Part shown: piece by piece, positions 46,701 through 55,100 of the stretch
Position numbering within the stretch: the first letter of the stretch is position 1
How the letters are laid out: each line of letters begins with the position of its first letter
From: a virus
Virus record (IMG/VR): IMGVR_UViG_3300018954_000017
Coordinates: 2,216-66,215 of that record
DNA: 64,000 bases
Reading direction: 5' to 3' (one strand)
Notes under the pieces: generated by a model
The model's database searches: none
Told to the model about the DNA's origin: nothing
What the model saw: the letters and a program-made list of their open reading frames with translations, nothing else
Program-made: the position numbers and the translations under genes

Positions 46701-47086
46701 GGCTCATCTGCTTTACGTCCATCATTAGCGAAGATGACAATGTATGCGTTCCGATGCAAGCGAGCGAGCACTGAAGCTTCCACCAGTTTTTCGTGGAGAC
46801 TCAATTTGTCTTCCAAATAGTTGGTAATTTCTTGAGGGGCTGTGGTATCTTTGCCGAGATTGAGAGAGTACCATTCAACCGGAGAATCTTCGGGTAGTAG
46901 CGCTACTATTTTTTGAACAAGCCCGGAAGTCTTGAAGAGGGCGGAACACTCTTCCCTGCTAATGTTGGCAGCTTGTAAGTTGACTTCAAAGTTCAGGCTT
47001 TTATCTCGAAGAGTCCCCGCGCCTGTACTCATGTTGTACAAGCCAGCATATGCGTCCAGTAGCGCCCCGTCTTCTCTATAACTCAT
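43718..47086 (-). CDS. Portal protein (DUF1073-like) fused to an InPase domain and an LHH-like HNH/EndoVII nuclease domain
   Basis: aa ~1-450 portal (IHKSRVLKF, QDYSVFTYKLKGL, GIPHTKLWG, GQSE..DY); aa ~536-662 InPase (IEY.PG..R...M...YGYI...G.D..PLD, DE.KIILG); aa 705-717 FNPLQPRDRFGRW; C-terminal QIHHVHQ...LAEGVH...NH...R.WF...R..FW. Confidence 0.85.
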   Translation of the reverse strand: MSYREDGALLDAYAGLYNMSTGAGTLRDKSLNFEVNLQAANISREECSALFKTSGLVQKIVALLPEDSPVEWYSLNLGKDTTAPQEITNYLEDKLSLHEKLVEASVLARLHRNAYIVIFANDGRKADEPLDEENLEEIVELKVLSSYELRPSVWGTELGGYSLVEPEYYDLIGLWELNKRLKDEQKIPLNQMRIHKSRVLKFSGRKLYGWMLHENHGEDLSVLQSILVAFGSYMQGVMASSGMIQDYSVFTYKLKGLADLILKGQSDQIIRRFLAIQMGMSYNKGLAMDAETEDAGFVQRNYGGVGDIVDRLKALLTAESGIPHTKLWGEGSQGNTSGQSEKYDYADALESFQRHNWLKPTKVLARLCLISKKGITKGKIPEGWRLSTRSSLRLDLETEAKLRQTQARTDQVYRMIGVLHPLEIRKNRFGSPDYSMETVLDPAIDKTLWSKKDDPEFLLPVLAGKPTAAPTGENMGAKSGAAQTGVDVGTKMGQAAIADTGGDGGNNAEMLAQESDRDRMAENRRTDSYERRDAAAKQKLRWGDRTLAIEYLPGDVRHNRRMQGVYGYIQKHTGHDNEPLDFYATPEFHQALCNGEKPVGKIFEIYQLKANADDPLERKMLDETKIILGCDDAKAAIDLYLQHMPPEFMGLVNDLTPEELRHYRYRRDEVEFRQDRIGKKKLETAPESSSSTVASTPTAKSKSKFNPLQPRDRFGRWRDVGISRKRAQQELDQTNSDPYPEKTAQAKLEKIYKYKLAKGSKRQPGKPVVEPPKPELQLPPEPPKPIDPVIDPAVNQKIQKKAEATVENAIKRKRLPTLRKVVKSDSFEISVDGKVEIWQNSEDKKFEASFKFKTNKNFEYRIEHEGKELTLNQHKNGIEILGERVDGVPSYYPKLREMTNEQVFGGLVTTMSLVEDKSNQPTVPDWKPTFHGKVDKDLVRSGNRPGDYGKMQIHHVHQWSKARFDEINDGLKSGAMTLQQAKDGMRNLLQPDPANKINGYAISLENKADRRLVILAEGVHAAPSPLYGANHPKGIHPDTGDMKRFGIPKDGDGGRDWFNQTFRPTFWREYYRRYSFVAANEINRRIRDGNLSPEKAKELWEQAHGKATKYSDYLKDLRKTLE

Positions 47087-47104
47087 ACTGCTTTAGCGGT
47101 TGTT

Positions 47105-47590
47105 TCATATGACAAATGCTGACATAGCTAATGCTCCACCGCCGCCTTTGCAGCCACAGAGTTCGTTAAGCGCTTCAATTGCTGTGAATCCTGGAGGGAC
47201 AATGAGCGGGGTGCTAAGGTCGAGGCCAAGTTGAAGATTTAGATATGTTTCGATTGGTTTTGCTTGTCCCGTAAACGTGATCCCTTGTTCAGCTTTTGAT
47301 AGTGCCTGAATTTCTAGATTTGTTTGTAACCGTCTAGCTGCCACGTAGTAAGTTCTGTAGGTTATTCCAGCAGCGAAAGCCGCTAACTCATCCTCAGAAT
47401 ACAACGGATTTGCCACCGAACTCATCAGACTTGTTGCTTCAAAAGCCGCCTTGGCTGTCAAGTTAATGCCAGCAGAAACTTGCAACAGATCGCTAATGAA
47501 CTCTACATCTGTTTCTTCGGGTGCATCTGCTAGTACTTGGACTTTGGCTATAGCTTGAGCTAGTGTGAGCGGTTGTGGCATTGGCAACAC
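47105..47590 (-). CDS. Putative head-tail adaptor / head completion protein
   Basis: L.VSAG...YRTYYVAA..LQ...GITFTG pattern; first gene of the head module; start may be ATG 47581. Confidence 0.55.
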   Translation of the reverse strand: MLPMPQPLTLAQAIAKVQVLADAPEETDVEFISDLLQVSAGINLTAKAAFEATSLMSSVANPLYSEDELAAFAAGITYRTYYVAARRLQTNLEIQALSKAEQGITFTGQAKPIETYLNLQLGLDLSTPLIVPPGFTAIEALNELCGCKGGGGALAMSAFVI

Positions 47591-47662
47591 AAGTATATTC
47601 TTACACTCATACTACGGAGACTTGAGTGTTAAAGTGTGTGCGTTCACCCACACTAGATCACT

Positions 47663-48082
47663 ATGGCTTCTTTTACATACGTTAGCAATCGTAAAACTAT
47701 TGAAAAGCAGTTGGATGCCGCATTTGATTCAACTATTGAGTACTACTTCAAAGCACTGAGGGCAGTCATCAATATTAGTCGTGGCTGGTCAGGATTTCAA
47801 AAGAACCCTTTTCGCTCGATCGTGGATACTGGAGAATTCCGTGACTCCCAAGGCAAAGAGAAGCTGGGTCGAATGGCATGGAATATTTTTTGGCTAGCGG
47901 AATACTCGATCTTTATACGCTATGGCGGCACAACCCCGCAGAACGTCTCCTTCCCTGGTCGCAACTTCGAGGAGATCGCCCTCCAGGAAGTCGATTTAAC
48001 CGAATTCTTCATCAAAGCATTTCAAGCCAAAGGTAATCTGAATGTTTCCGGTGTTGTCTTGATGAGCGGTCAGGAGCTATAG
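47663..48082 (+). CDS. HK97 gp10-like neck protein
   Basis: RSIVDTGEFRDS, W.AEYS....YG, PGRNF motifs. Confidence 0.7.
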   Translation: MASFTYVSNRKTIEKQLDAAFDSTIEYYFKALRAVINISRGWSGFQKNPFRSIVDTGEFRDSQGKEKLGRMAWNIFWLAEYSIFIRYGGTTPQNVSFPGRNFEEIALQEVDLTEFFIKAFQAKGNLNVSGVVLMSGQEL

Positions 48083-48139
48083 CCAACAATAGCTTGCACT
48101 AGCAACGTAAGTCCGGTTTCTAGTAAAGAGACAAACCCG

Positions 48140-48470
48140 ATTCACAGTAAATTGGGAAAGCCAATTTACTTATATACATAGATGATCTATTCATATATAA
48201 AATCTAACTATCTCGCGTAAACGCTCGAACACAGATAGCTGATTGAGTATAAGTAAAGAATCAACGGCGACCTTACTCTTGCTCAATGAATTTGGAGATC
48301 TACTTAACGGGCTAGTGATTCCGAACGAAGAAGAGCAGACTTGTACCCGTTCCTAGATGATGGATCTGTGAGGTAATAAAGATAAGCCCCAAAAATCGCC
48401 TGCAACCCGCCGCAGCACCGCAACCACCTCACACTACCTTGACCTACCTCAACACCTGCTCCTGCCCCCC
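48140..48470 (+). repeat. Dispersed non-coding element family A, copy 3 (divergent)
   Basis: Palindrome-like sites 48140/48164; AGATCTA...ACGGGCTAGT...CGAACGAAGA core; AAAATCGCC; C-rich tail. Confidence 0.7.
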
Positions 48471-48523
48471 TAGCCTTACTTAAGCCAACGTTTGCTACAA
48501 TAGTCGTTTTAGGAGCGACGGAC

Positions 48524-48718
48524 ATGAGTCATAACAGTCAATTGTCTTTGAAAGAGTTATCTGAATTGAAGGGGGCAAAGTATCAAGATGTGTTGGACTT
48601 GCTGGAGTTGTACGATTCCATGTCACCAGAGGAAGAGATACTCAACCGAATTGCTACTTACCCCATGCCAGCTAGAGCGCTTGTTGCCGAACTCATATTA
48701 CCTCAAGTTAGCGAGTAA
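48524..48718 (+). CDS. Small protein, paralogue of 42357..42548
   Basis: AGGAG RBS and TGnTACAAT promoter (48493-48501); sequence similarity to 42357. Confidence 0.65.
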   Translation: MSHNSQLSLKELSELKGAKYQDVLDLLELYDSMSPEEEILNRIATYPMPARALVAELILPQVSE

Positions 48719-48780
48719 CCACTTAAGCAGCAAAAGCTTATTGAAGCGAGTATAGATATATTCTGTACTCGCTTTTACGT

Positions 48781-49221
48781 ATGTATTTTGCTACGACGAA
48801 ACAATTTAGAGATTATTTATTTAAACTGCTTCAGCCCTACATTGGCAGCGCAAGATTGGCTGGAGGAGCTGTTGTGCCTGCCATTTTTGTTGGAGAACCT
48901 CCTATTGATACTCGCGTGACCGGAATGGAAGTGTCGCTGCCCAAAGACTCTAGCGGCAACAGTCAAGGGTTAACGGGCGGCATTGCTCCAACCAACAAGT
49001 TTGAATTCAGACTCATTCAACATCCAGGCAGTGACTTCTTAAGCCAAGCTAAAGACACAGTAGTCTCACATATGACTCCGATAGATTACAGGTTCGTTGC
49101 GGCTGCTAGGGCACCAGCAGGGCAGAAAGAAGAACAGCTAACTTTAGACCAATATGTATTTAGTTTTAGTCGTAGTGCTTTAGTTTTACTGCCATTCAGG
49201 CAAGCTTTAACTACTATTTGA
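48781..49221 (+). CDS. Putative tail terminator/completion protein
   Basis: 146 aa between the neck and tail tube genes; PAIFVG.PP...VTGMEV motif. Confidence 0.5.
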   Translation: MYFATTKQFRDYLFKLLQPYIGSARLAGGAVVPAIFVGEPPIDTRVTGMEVSLPKDSSGNSQGLTGGIAPTNKFEFRLIQHPGSDFLSQAKDTVVSHMTPIDYRFVAAARAPAGQKEEQLTLDQYVFSFSRSALVLLPFRQALTTI

Positions 49222-49235
49222 AATTTGCTCGTTTC

Positions 49236-49615
49236 AAACCCGGACACCTGATCATCAAATCCGGACTGTCCGAGTTTCCACACCAATATGACATAAAGTA
49301 AAACTACATGTACGTAGCTGTCCGATTTACTGTCCGATTATTAAGAACTCATTGTTGACTGATGCAGCCGCTTCGCTCACTGTCCGATTTCTGAAAACGT
49401 GGTGGGTATCTGTCAAATTTGTGTGGATAGCCATCAGCTTTCAGGTATCGGCTCTCAGTTTTTATAACAACTGATCCCTCATTACTGATAGCTCTATTGC
49501 AATCTATTCTCAATAACCCGTTAACTAAGTATAAATACTTGTCCGAATTTACTGTCCGATTAGGTGTCTGGTTTTTCTAGTACAAATGTTCTAGTGTCCG
49601 AATTTGTTATCACGA
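49236..49615. repeat. Dispersed non-coding element family B, copy 2
   Basis: Seven TGTCCG; exact 22-mer CTCTATTGCAATCTATTCTCAA and TGTGGATAGCCATCA shared with copy 1. Confidence 0.85.
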
Positions 49616-49812
49616 CCGCAAATAATTTCTATACTCATCCATCAACTTTAAGCTATTAATAAAAACTACTTCTATGGATTCACAGTATTCTTACGCAAAA
49701 CAATTATTGGCAAATGTCTACTGTTAAAAAGTACATGTACTTGTAAAACCATGAGCTACGAACCATGAGTTTTTACAGCAAATATTTGCCCCTCCTATAG
49801 AAAGTTTTAAAA

Positions 49813-50697
49813 ATGGCTCAACAAGCAATTTGTCTTGATCTACTTGAATCAACTGGAACTCAGCTATTTGCTGGACTCGTACCAGTCGGCAGTTGTGTTC
49901 CTACCCCCTACACGGTTTCATTAGGCGCAGCTATTGCAATTGGCGACGAGACTGCAACTGTTACAGCTCTTCCTGTCGCCTTACCTCGTGGTAACAGACT
50001 GTCTTTTAGTCAACTAGTTACAGTGACTACAAGTGCAGCCGTGACCCCTGGCGCTACTACTATTGCTGTAACAGCCTTAGGTTCAGCAATTCCTGCAAGC
50101 ACAACCCTCAAATTTGGCAACATCACAGTTCAAACGACTGCCGCATCTGCGCTTGGTGCAACTTCTTTGGTGGTCAACCCTGTTCCTGCTGCGATCGCGA
50201 GTGGAGCAACCGCTACATATCGTCCTAATCCTGTGACGATTGTTTTAGCCGCTGATGCTCCGGCAGCTGCAACAACAATTACCATTGATCCTGCTCCAGC
50301 CATTGTTGGTACTGGTTTGACCGCTGTAACGTATGCTCTACTAGAGCTGTTGGGTGGTGAGTCTGCTCCCTTCCAAGGTTCAACAGAGCTAAACCAGGTT
50401 ACCCTGTTAAACTCTGGTGGTTGGATGTCCAAGTCTGCATCTCAATCGCAGTACAACTTCAGCTGGACTGGTTACATTCCGGAAAATTCAACCGCTGCTG
50501 CTGGCTATCGTCTGCTAAAGAATGCTTGGTTCAACAAGCGTTATCTTTACGTTGAGCGATACATGGCAAACGGCGAAATGACGGGTGGAACGGTTATTAT
50601 CACTGCCTTCTCTGACCAAGTTCAAGGTGCAGGGTATGTTCAATACCAGTGTACCTTTGAAGGTCATGAAGCGCCTGTGTACACGTTTGCTGGCTAA
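49813..50697 (+). CDS. Major tail (tube) protein with inserted Ala/Thr-rich beta repeats
   Basis: Upstream of chaperone and tape measure genes; GGW.......Y.FSW.GY and G.VIIT.FS tube motifs. Confidence 0.8.
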   Translation: MAQQAICLDLLESTGTQLFAGLVPVGSCVPTPYTVSLGAAIAIGDETATVTALPVALPRGNRLSFSQLVTVTTSAAVTPGATTIAVTALGSAIPASTTLKFGNITVQTTAASALGATSLVVNPVPAAIASGATATYRPNPVTIVLAADAPAAATTITIDPAPAIVGTGLTAVTYALLELLGGESAPFQGSTELNQVTLLNSGGWMSKSASQSQYNFSWTGYIPENSTAAAGYRLLKNAWFNKRYLYVERYMANGEMTGGTVIITAFSDQVQGAGYVQYQCTFEGHEAPVYTFAG

Positions 50698-50705
50698 AGA
50701 AACTC

Positions 50706-50993
50706 ATGAAGTTGCTAAAGGGCACTAGAGTTACTGATACACAATCTCAAACAGCTCCAAAACATTTAGGGAGTGTTGATAGATTGATTTTGGTCAACTG
50801 TAGTGTCCGGGGCAACGAATTGACGGCTGGTTATTTTTATTGCGACAGAGGACTACAGGCTGGCAATTACAAACTTCAGTCAGACAATGGTCGCACATTC
50901 GTAGTCAAGTTGCCCGATCAAGCTGTTAATTTGCCAGGGATCGGGCAGCAATTCAATTATCCATTTGAGATTTTAGAGGAGATCATTTCATGA
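50706..50993 (+). CDS. Hypothetical tail-module protein
   Basis: 95 aa, ATGA-coupled to the chaperone. Confidence 0.6.
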   Translation: MKLLKGTRVTDTQSQTAPKHLGSVDRLILVNCSVRGNELTAGYFYCDRGLQAGNYKLQSDNGRTFVVKLPDQAVNLPGIGQQFNYPFEILEEIIS

Positions 50994-51679
50994 AGAGATT
51001 ACCATTTGTCGTAAAACCTAAAACTTCGTTTGAAATTGTAGGTAACGAAGATGTAGGTCAAATTAAGTTATTAAAAGTTAAGGGTCGTCTTGCAGCAGAA
51101 CGTGTTGAGTTGGATGAAGAAGAATTCCGTCAGACGCGCCTACAGTTGGATATTCTTAAGCTTGCTCGTGACATTGCTAATGCAGAAGGAATGAGCGTAG
51201 AAGACGGGTTCAGTCTACTACAAAGCTTCAATTTAAGTGATCCTGTTCTTTCCAAATACCTTGATCCTGTTTCTGATTTACTAGAGCGGCAATTAGCGCT
51301 AATGAAAGCACAAGACCAAGCGGTCACATCTGTTATTAGGCATCGCATTGTGCATGTGGATGATGAGGGTAACGATTTGTTGGACGAAAAAGGGAAGCAT
51401 GTTATTGGGATGGATGAATGGGATATTCCAGACACTCAGACACTAACAGATCCTTTAATCAACGCAATTTACGCTTTTTATATTAAAGAGTTGAATGGCG
51501 GGAAAGACAGTGAAGATGATGATGAACTAGAGGAAAAAAAAGCTACAACGAGCAAATCGAAGAACTTGAAAAAATCCAACTTACAGACTGGGGAGACATC
51601 TATTGGCGAATCCAGTCCTATAGAATCAGAGACGAGAGATTTAACTCCGACAACTTTGGAAGACAACCCGACTGGTTAA
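50990..51679 (+). CDS. Tail assembly chaperone (G-like)
   Basis: Position between tube and TMP; LPF.VKPK N-terminus; slippery A AAA AAA near the C-terminus. Confidence 0.75.
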   Translation: MKRLPFVVKPKTSFEIVGNEDVGQIKLLKVKGRLAAERVELDEEEFRQTRLQLDILKLARDIANAEGMSVEDGFSLLQSFNLSDPVLSKYLDPVSDLLERQLALMKAQDQAVTSVIRHRIVHVDDEGNDLLDEKGKHVIGMDEWDIPDTQTLTDPLINAIYAFYIKELNGGKDSEDDDELEEKKATTSKSKNLKKSNLQTGETSIGESSPIESETRDLTPTTLEDNPTG

Positions 51680-51993
51680 TCTTTCAAGCAATTGAATCAT
51701 TTGAGCGGGAGAAAAGAGATATAGCAAATGCCAATAGCTTTACTACCGCTGTATTCGCTTCTGGAGTGTTCAACGGTTTTGCGGGAAGGGATGCAGAAAA
51801 ATGTGAATTCATTGACTTATTGCCATTCTCTGCCGACATTAAAGATAACAAAGGTGATCGTAAACTTAATGAACCGACAAAGGAAACAGCCAAGGTCTTC
51901 CTAGAGCTAATGGAAAAGCAGCTATTGCCACCGCAAGTAGTAGCTCAAGCGTTCAAAGCTAAAATTATCGAACGATTACAAGCAATAGTGTAA
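51541..51993 (+). CDS. Tail assembly chaperone T-like extension reached by -1 frameshift
   Basis: The -1 frame is open 51526-51993 (DWGDIYWRIQSY...) with no ATG before the tracked GTG 51766; slip site 51535-51541. Confidence 0.8.
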   Translation, partial: SYNEQIEELEKIQLTDWGDIYWRIQSYRIRDERFNSDNFGRQPDWLIFQAIESFEREKRDIANANSFTTAVFASGVFNGFAGRDAEKCEFIDLLPFSADIKDNKGDRKLNEPTKETAKVFLELMEKQLLPPQVVAQAFKAKIIERLQAIV

Positions 51994-51997
51994 ACCC

Positions 51998-52189
51998 ATG
52001 ATTCTACATGAACAAGATCCAATGCTTTCTGCTCTTATTGAGGGTATTGTAACTGGTATTTTAGCCACAATCCGAGAATTAAAGCTTGGGAATGAAAAGG
52101 AGATTGTTACTCAGGTATTAAAAAATCAACAAGAGTTGAGCCTGTCTGATATTGAGTATTGGGTTAATTGGTTCGGATTAAAAGATTAA
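51998..52189 (+). CDS. Small hypothetical protein
   Basis: 63 aa between chaperone and TMP. Confidence 0.55.
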   Translation: MILHEQDPMLSALIEGIVTGILATIRELKLGNEKEIVTQVLKNQQELSLSDIEYWVNWFGLKD

Positions 52190-52190
52190 T

Positions 52191-55100
52191 ATGGCTTTAG
52201 GTGGATCTGCATTAGGTACTTTAACTTTATATATCAAGGCAGATACTTCTAGCCTTGATCAAAGTTTGTCGTCTCTTGAAAGGAGAATAGCTGGATTTGC
52301 TGGTCGCGCCAGTAAACTGGGTGCAACTGGATTACAGTTGCACCCAACTGTAGACGACAGCGAACTAACAAGCCTTAACGAACACCTTAGCATAAAGCAA
52401 AAACACTTTAGTCAAGTTGGAAGTTATTTTGCTGCCAATCCTCTAACACCAAAAGTAAATCTCAAGGATTTACAAAAATTATCTGTTGAATACGACAATA
52501 TTGAGGCGAAAGCTAAAAAAAATCAAACTCGCGTTAATATGTCTGCTTCTATGGGCAATGCCAACAATGCCGTACAGCAGATTAGGACACCAGGTAGAGC
52601 TGCTAATGTTATTAACGTTGAAATAAAGAATGCAAGTATTGTTAGTTTGTCTAACTCAATTGCATTAGCAATACGGAAAAGTAACAAAGAGACGGCAAAA
52701 GAAATAGCCAAAGCGCAACGTCCCAATGCCCTTCAACGTGTTATAGGTTTTGGTGGAGATATTCTTAAATCCACTGTACAAGGTGTGGCTTCTGGTGTGT
52801 CTTCTCGTGCAGCAAAAGGTATTCTTGGGGGTGTCGAGAAAAAAGCTGGCATTAGTATTGCTGATGCAGCAGAAAACGCCACATTTAAACTGCTAACCAC
52901 AGTAGAAGATGTTTATAATTTTATATTTAAACGAAGAGTCTATAATCAACGCAAAGCCGATGAGATTGTAGCAAAATTAAAGACAGAAGAGACAGAAGCC
53001 GAAGCTGCCAAAGCTCCTCAAAAAGCAGCAAAAGGAACTGCTGTAACTTCAGAAGACGCAACAAAGCGTAAAGAAGTTAGAAAGAGACGAATACATAGCA
53101 AAAGAGCAAACGATGCCACTCAACTTTTTGAAGAAATAGACTTAAACGAAGACATAGCAAAATCAGAAGAAGGCATAAGTGAAGCAAAAGAATACCTTCA
53201 GCGTATTATTGCGTTAAAAAAACGGTTTTCTTCTGACCTGGATCAAGTCCCTAAAGATCTAAGTGAGCAGGCAGAAAAATATTTAAAGGCTATAGAAGAA
53301 TACGAAAATTATTTGTCTGAAATTGCTGGAATTAAAAAAAAGCAACAACCATCAAATATTAAGCAGACAAATAATAAAGAAGTTCTAAACAAACTTCGTA
53401 ATCGTCAAAAACAACCTGTTTCAAATCAACCCAAACCCGCTCAAAGTCAAAGAGAACAAAAGAGAGCGTCACAACAGCAAAATTACTTCAATAATCGTAT
53501 CGATGATGCTGATAAATTTTTTAATCAGATAGATCAAGTATTATCGGTATCAAAAAAAGAACCTATAGCAAAAACTGCGACTATAGGTTTGTTGACTCAA
53601 GTAAAATTACTGAAGAAGCGATTTGAAGATAGTTTAAACAATATCCCCGAAGAGTTTCAAGAGAAAACAAAAGAATACCTAAGCTTGCTAATAGAAACAG
53701 AGGCAGAGCTTAAGAACACATTAAACACTCAAAATTCCCAAAATGTTATCAGTAAATTAAATCAGCCACAAAATATTGAGAACAAAGCATCTCAATCTCA
53801 ACAGCCACTACGAAGCTTTAAGATTGATCAAGAGTCTGGTATATTAGATCAATCACAACAACCTCGTACCGGATCTGACAATTTACAGGAAAACTATAAG
53901 CGCATAGTTGCCGCGTCAGCCAAGGTTAGTGGACTCAAGTTAGACACATCTAGAATCCCCAATCTGAAAGTAGATAACAAGGCGTTAACTAAAATTACAG
54001 TTGACTACAAGAAACTACTTGCAGTTAACCCTACCGAAAAGCTTTTAGAAGCTATCGAAAAAGAAGATGCAGTAACACTTAAAGAACTTATTTCTCGAAA
54101 TAAAGAGTATGGAGAAGCAGTTAAAATTACAACGGGTAGAGCTTCTTATACTCCCCGAAGTAATACGATTACAATAACTTCTGCCCTAGAAGAACTTTTT
54201 TCACTTAGCTCTGAACAATTAGAGAAATTTGCTGAAAAATATCCTGAGTCTATTCAAAAATACACTGAAGATTTGATTCATGAAATAAAGCACTCATTCC
54301 AGTTTGATTTTGGAAAAATATCTTATGGGGATTTGGCAACAGGTAAGATTAAATCTCCTACCATGACTAAGTTTGAAAACACAAATAAGTATGCACAAAA
54401 ATATGGAGAAGCCTCTGCTGCTGCTCCTTATTACAAGCAAGTAGCAAAACAAATGCCTCCGGGGTACTTAAAAGTAATTCGTGACACAGAAGCTGATGCC
54501 GCAAATTTTGAGTCAAGGTGGTCTGACGTACTCAATAGTTTTTTTAAGGCTGCAAATACCTCTTTAAACAAAATAGAAGAAGTAAGTAACGATGTAGGTG
54601 ACGCTGCGAAATCGACAGGTGAAGAGGGGTTGCAGTCTTTCAGATTAGATGTACCTTTATCAAGTGGTAGGACAACAACCGGAGATGATGATGTTGACAG
54701 ATTGTTAAACGAAATCCATTCCCTCAGAGAGGGCATCAACTCCCCCAGTCCAAGTGGTGGTGCAGGAGGAGGGTCGTCTCAATCGATGGATGATTTTATT
54801 AACGAAATTAATGAATTGCGTGAAAGTATCCGCAGTCTTCCTGATCTAGATGTAGATATTGATACTTCTAATCTTACTCTTTTGGAGCGCATCCTGTTAA
54901 ACATAAGAGAAGATATGGAGTATGTCAACAATGGAGGCACGTTAAAGGGGCAATATATTAGAGGATCGGCGCGGGATTTGGGAATTAAAATGACTGCTGG
55001 TCAAGCAGAAAAAATTGCAAAAGATGGAGGAGACTCTAACAAATTAATTGACGACATAGACCGAGGTCTTAACATTACAGGAGATGCATTAAAGGGGAAC

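Noticed and set aside
42545-47590. MuF/SPP1 gp7-like minor head protein
   Set aside because: No ORF or portal segment shows the MuF pattern; it could still lie outside the window
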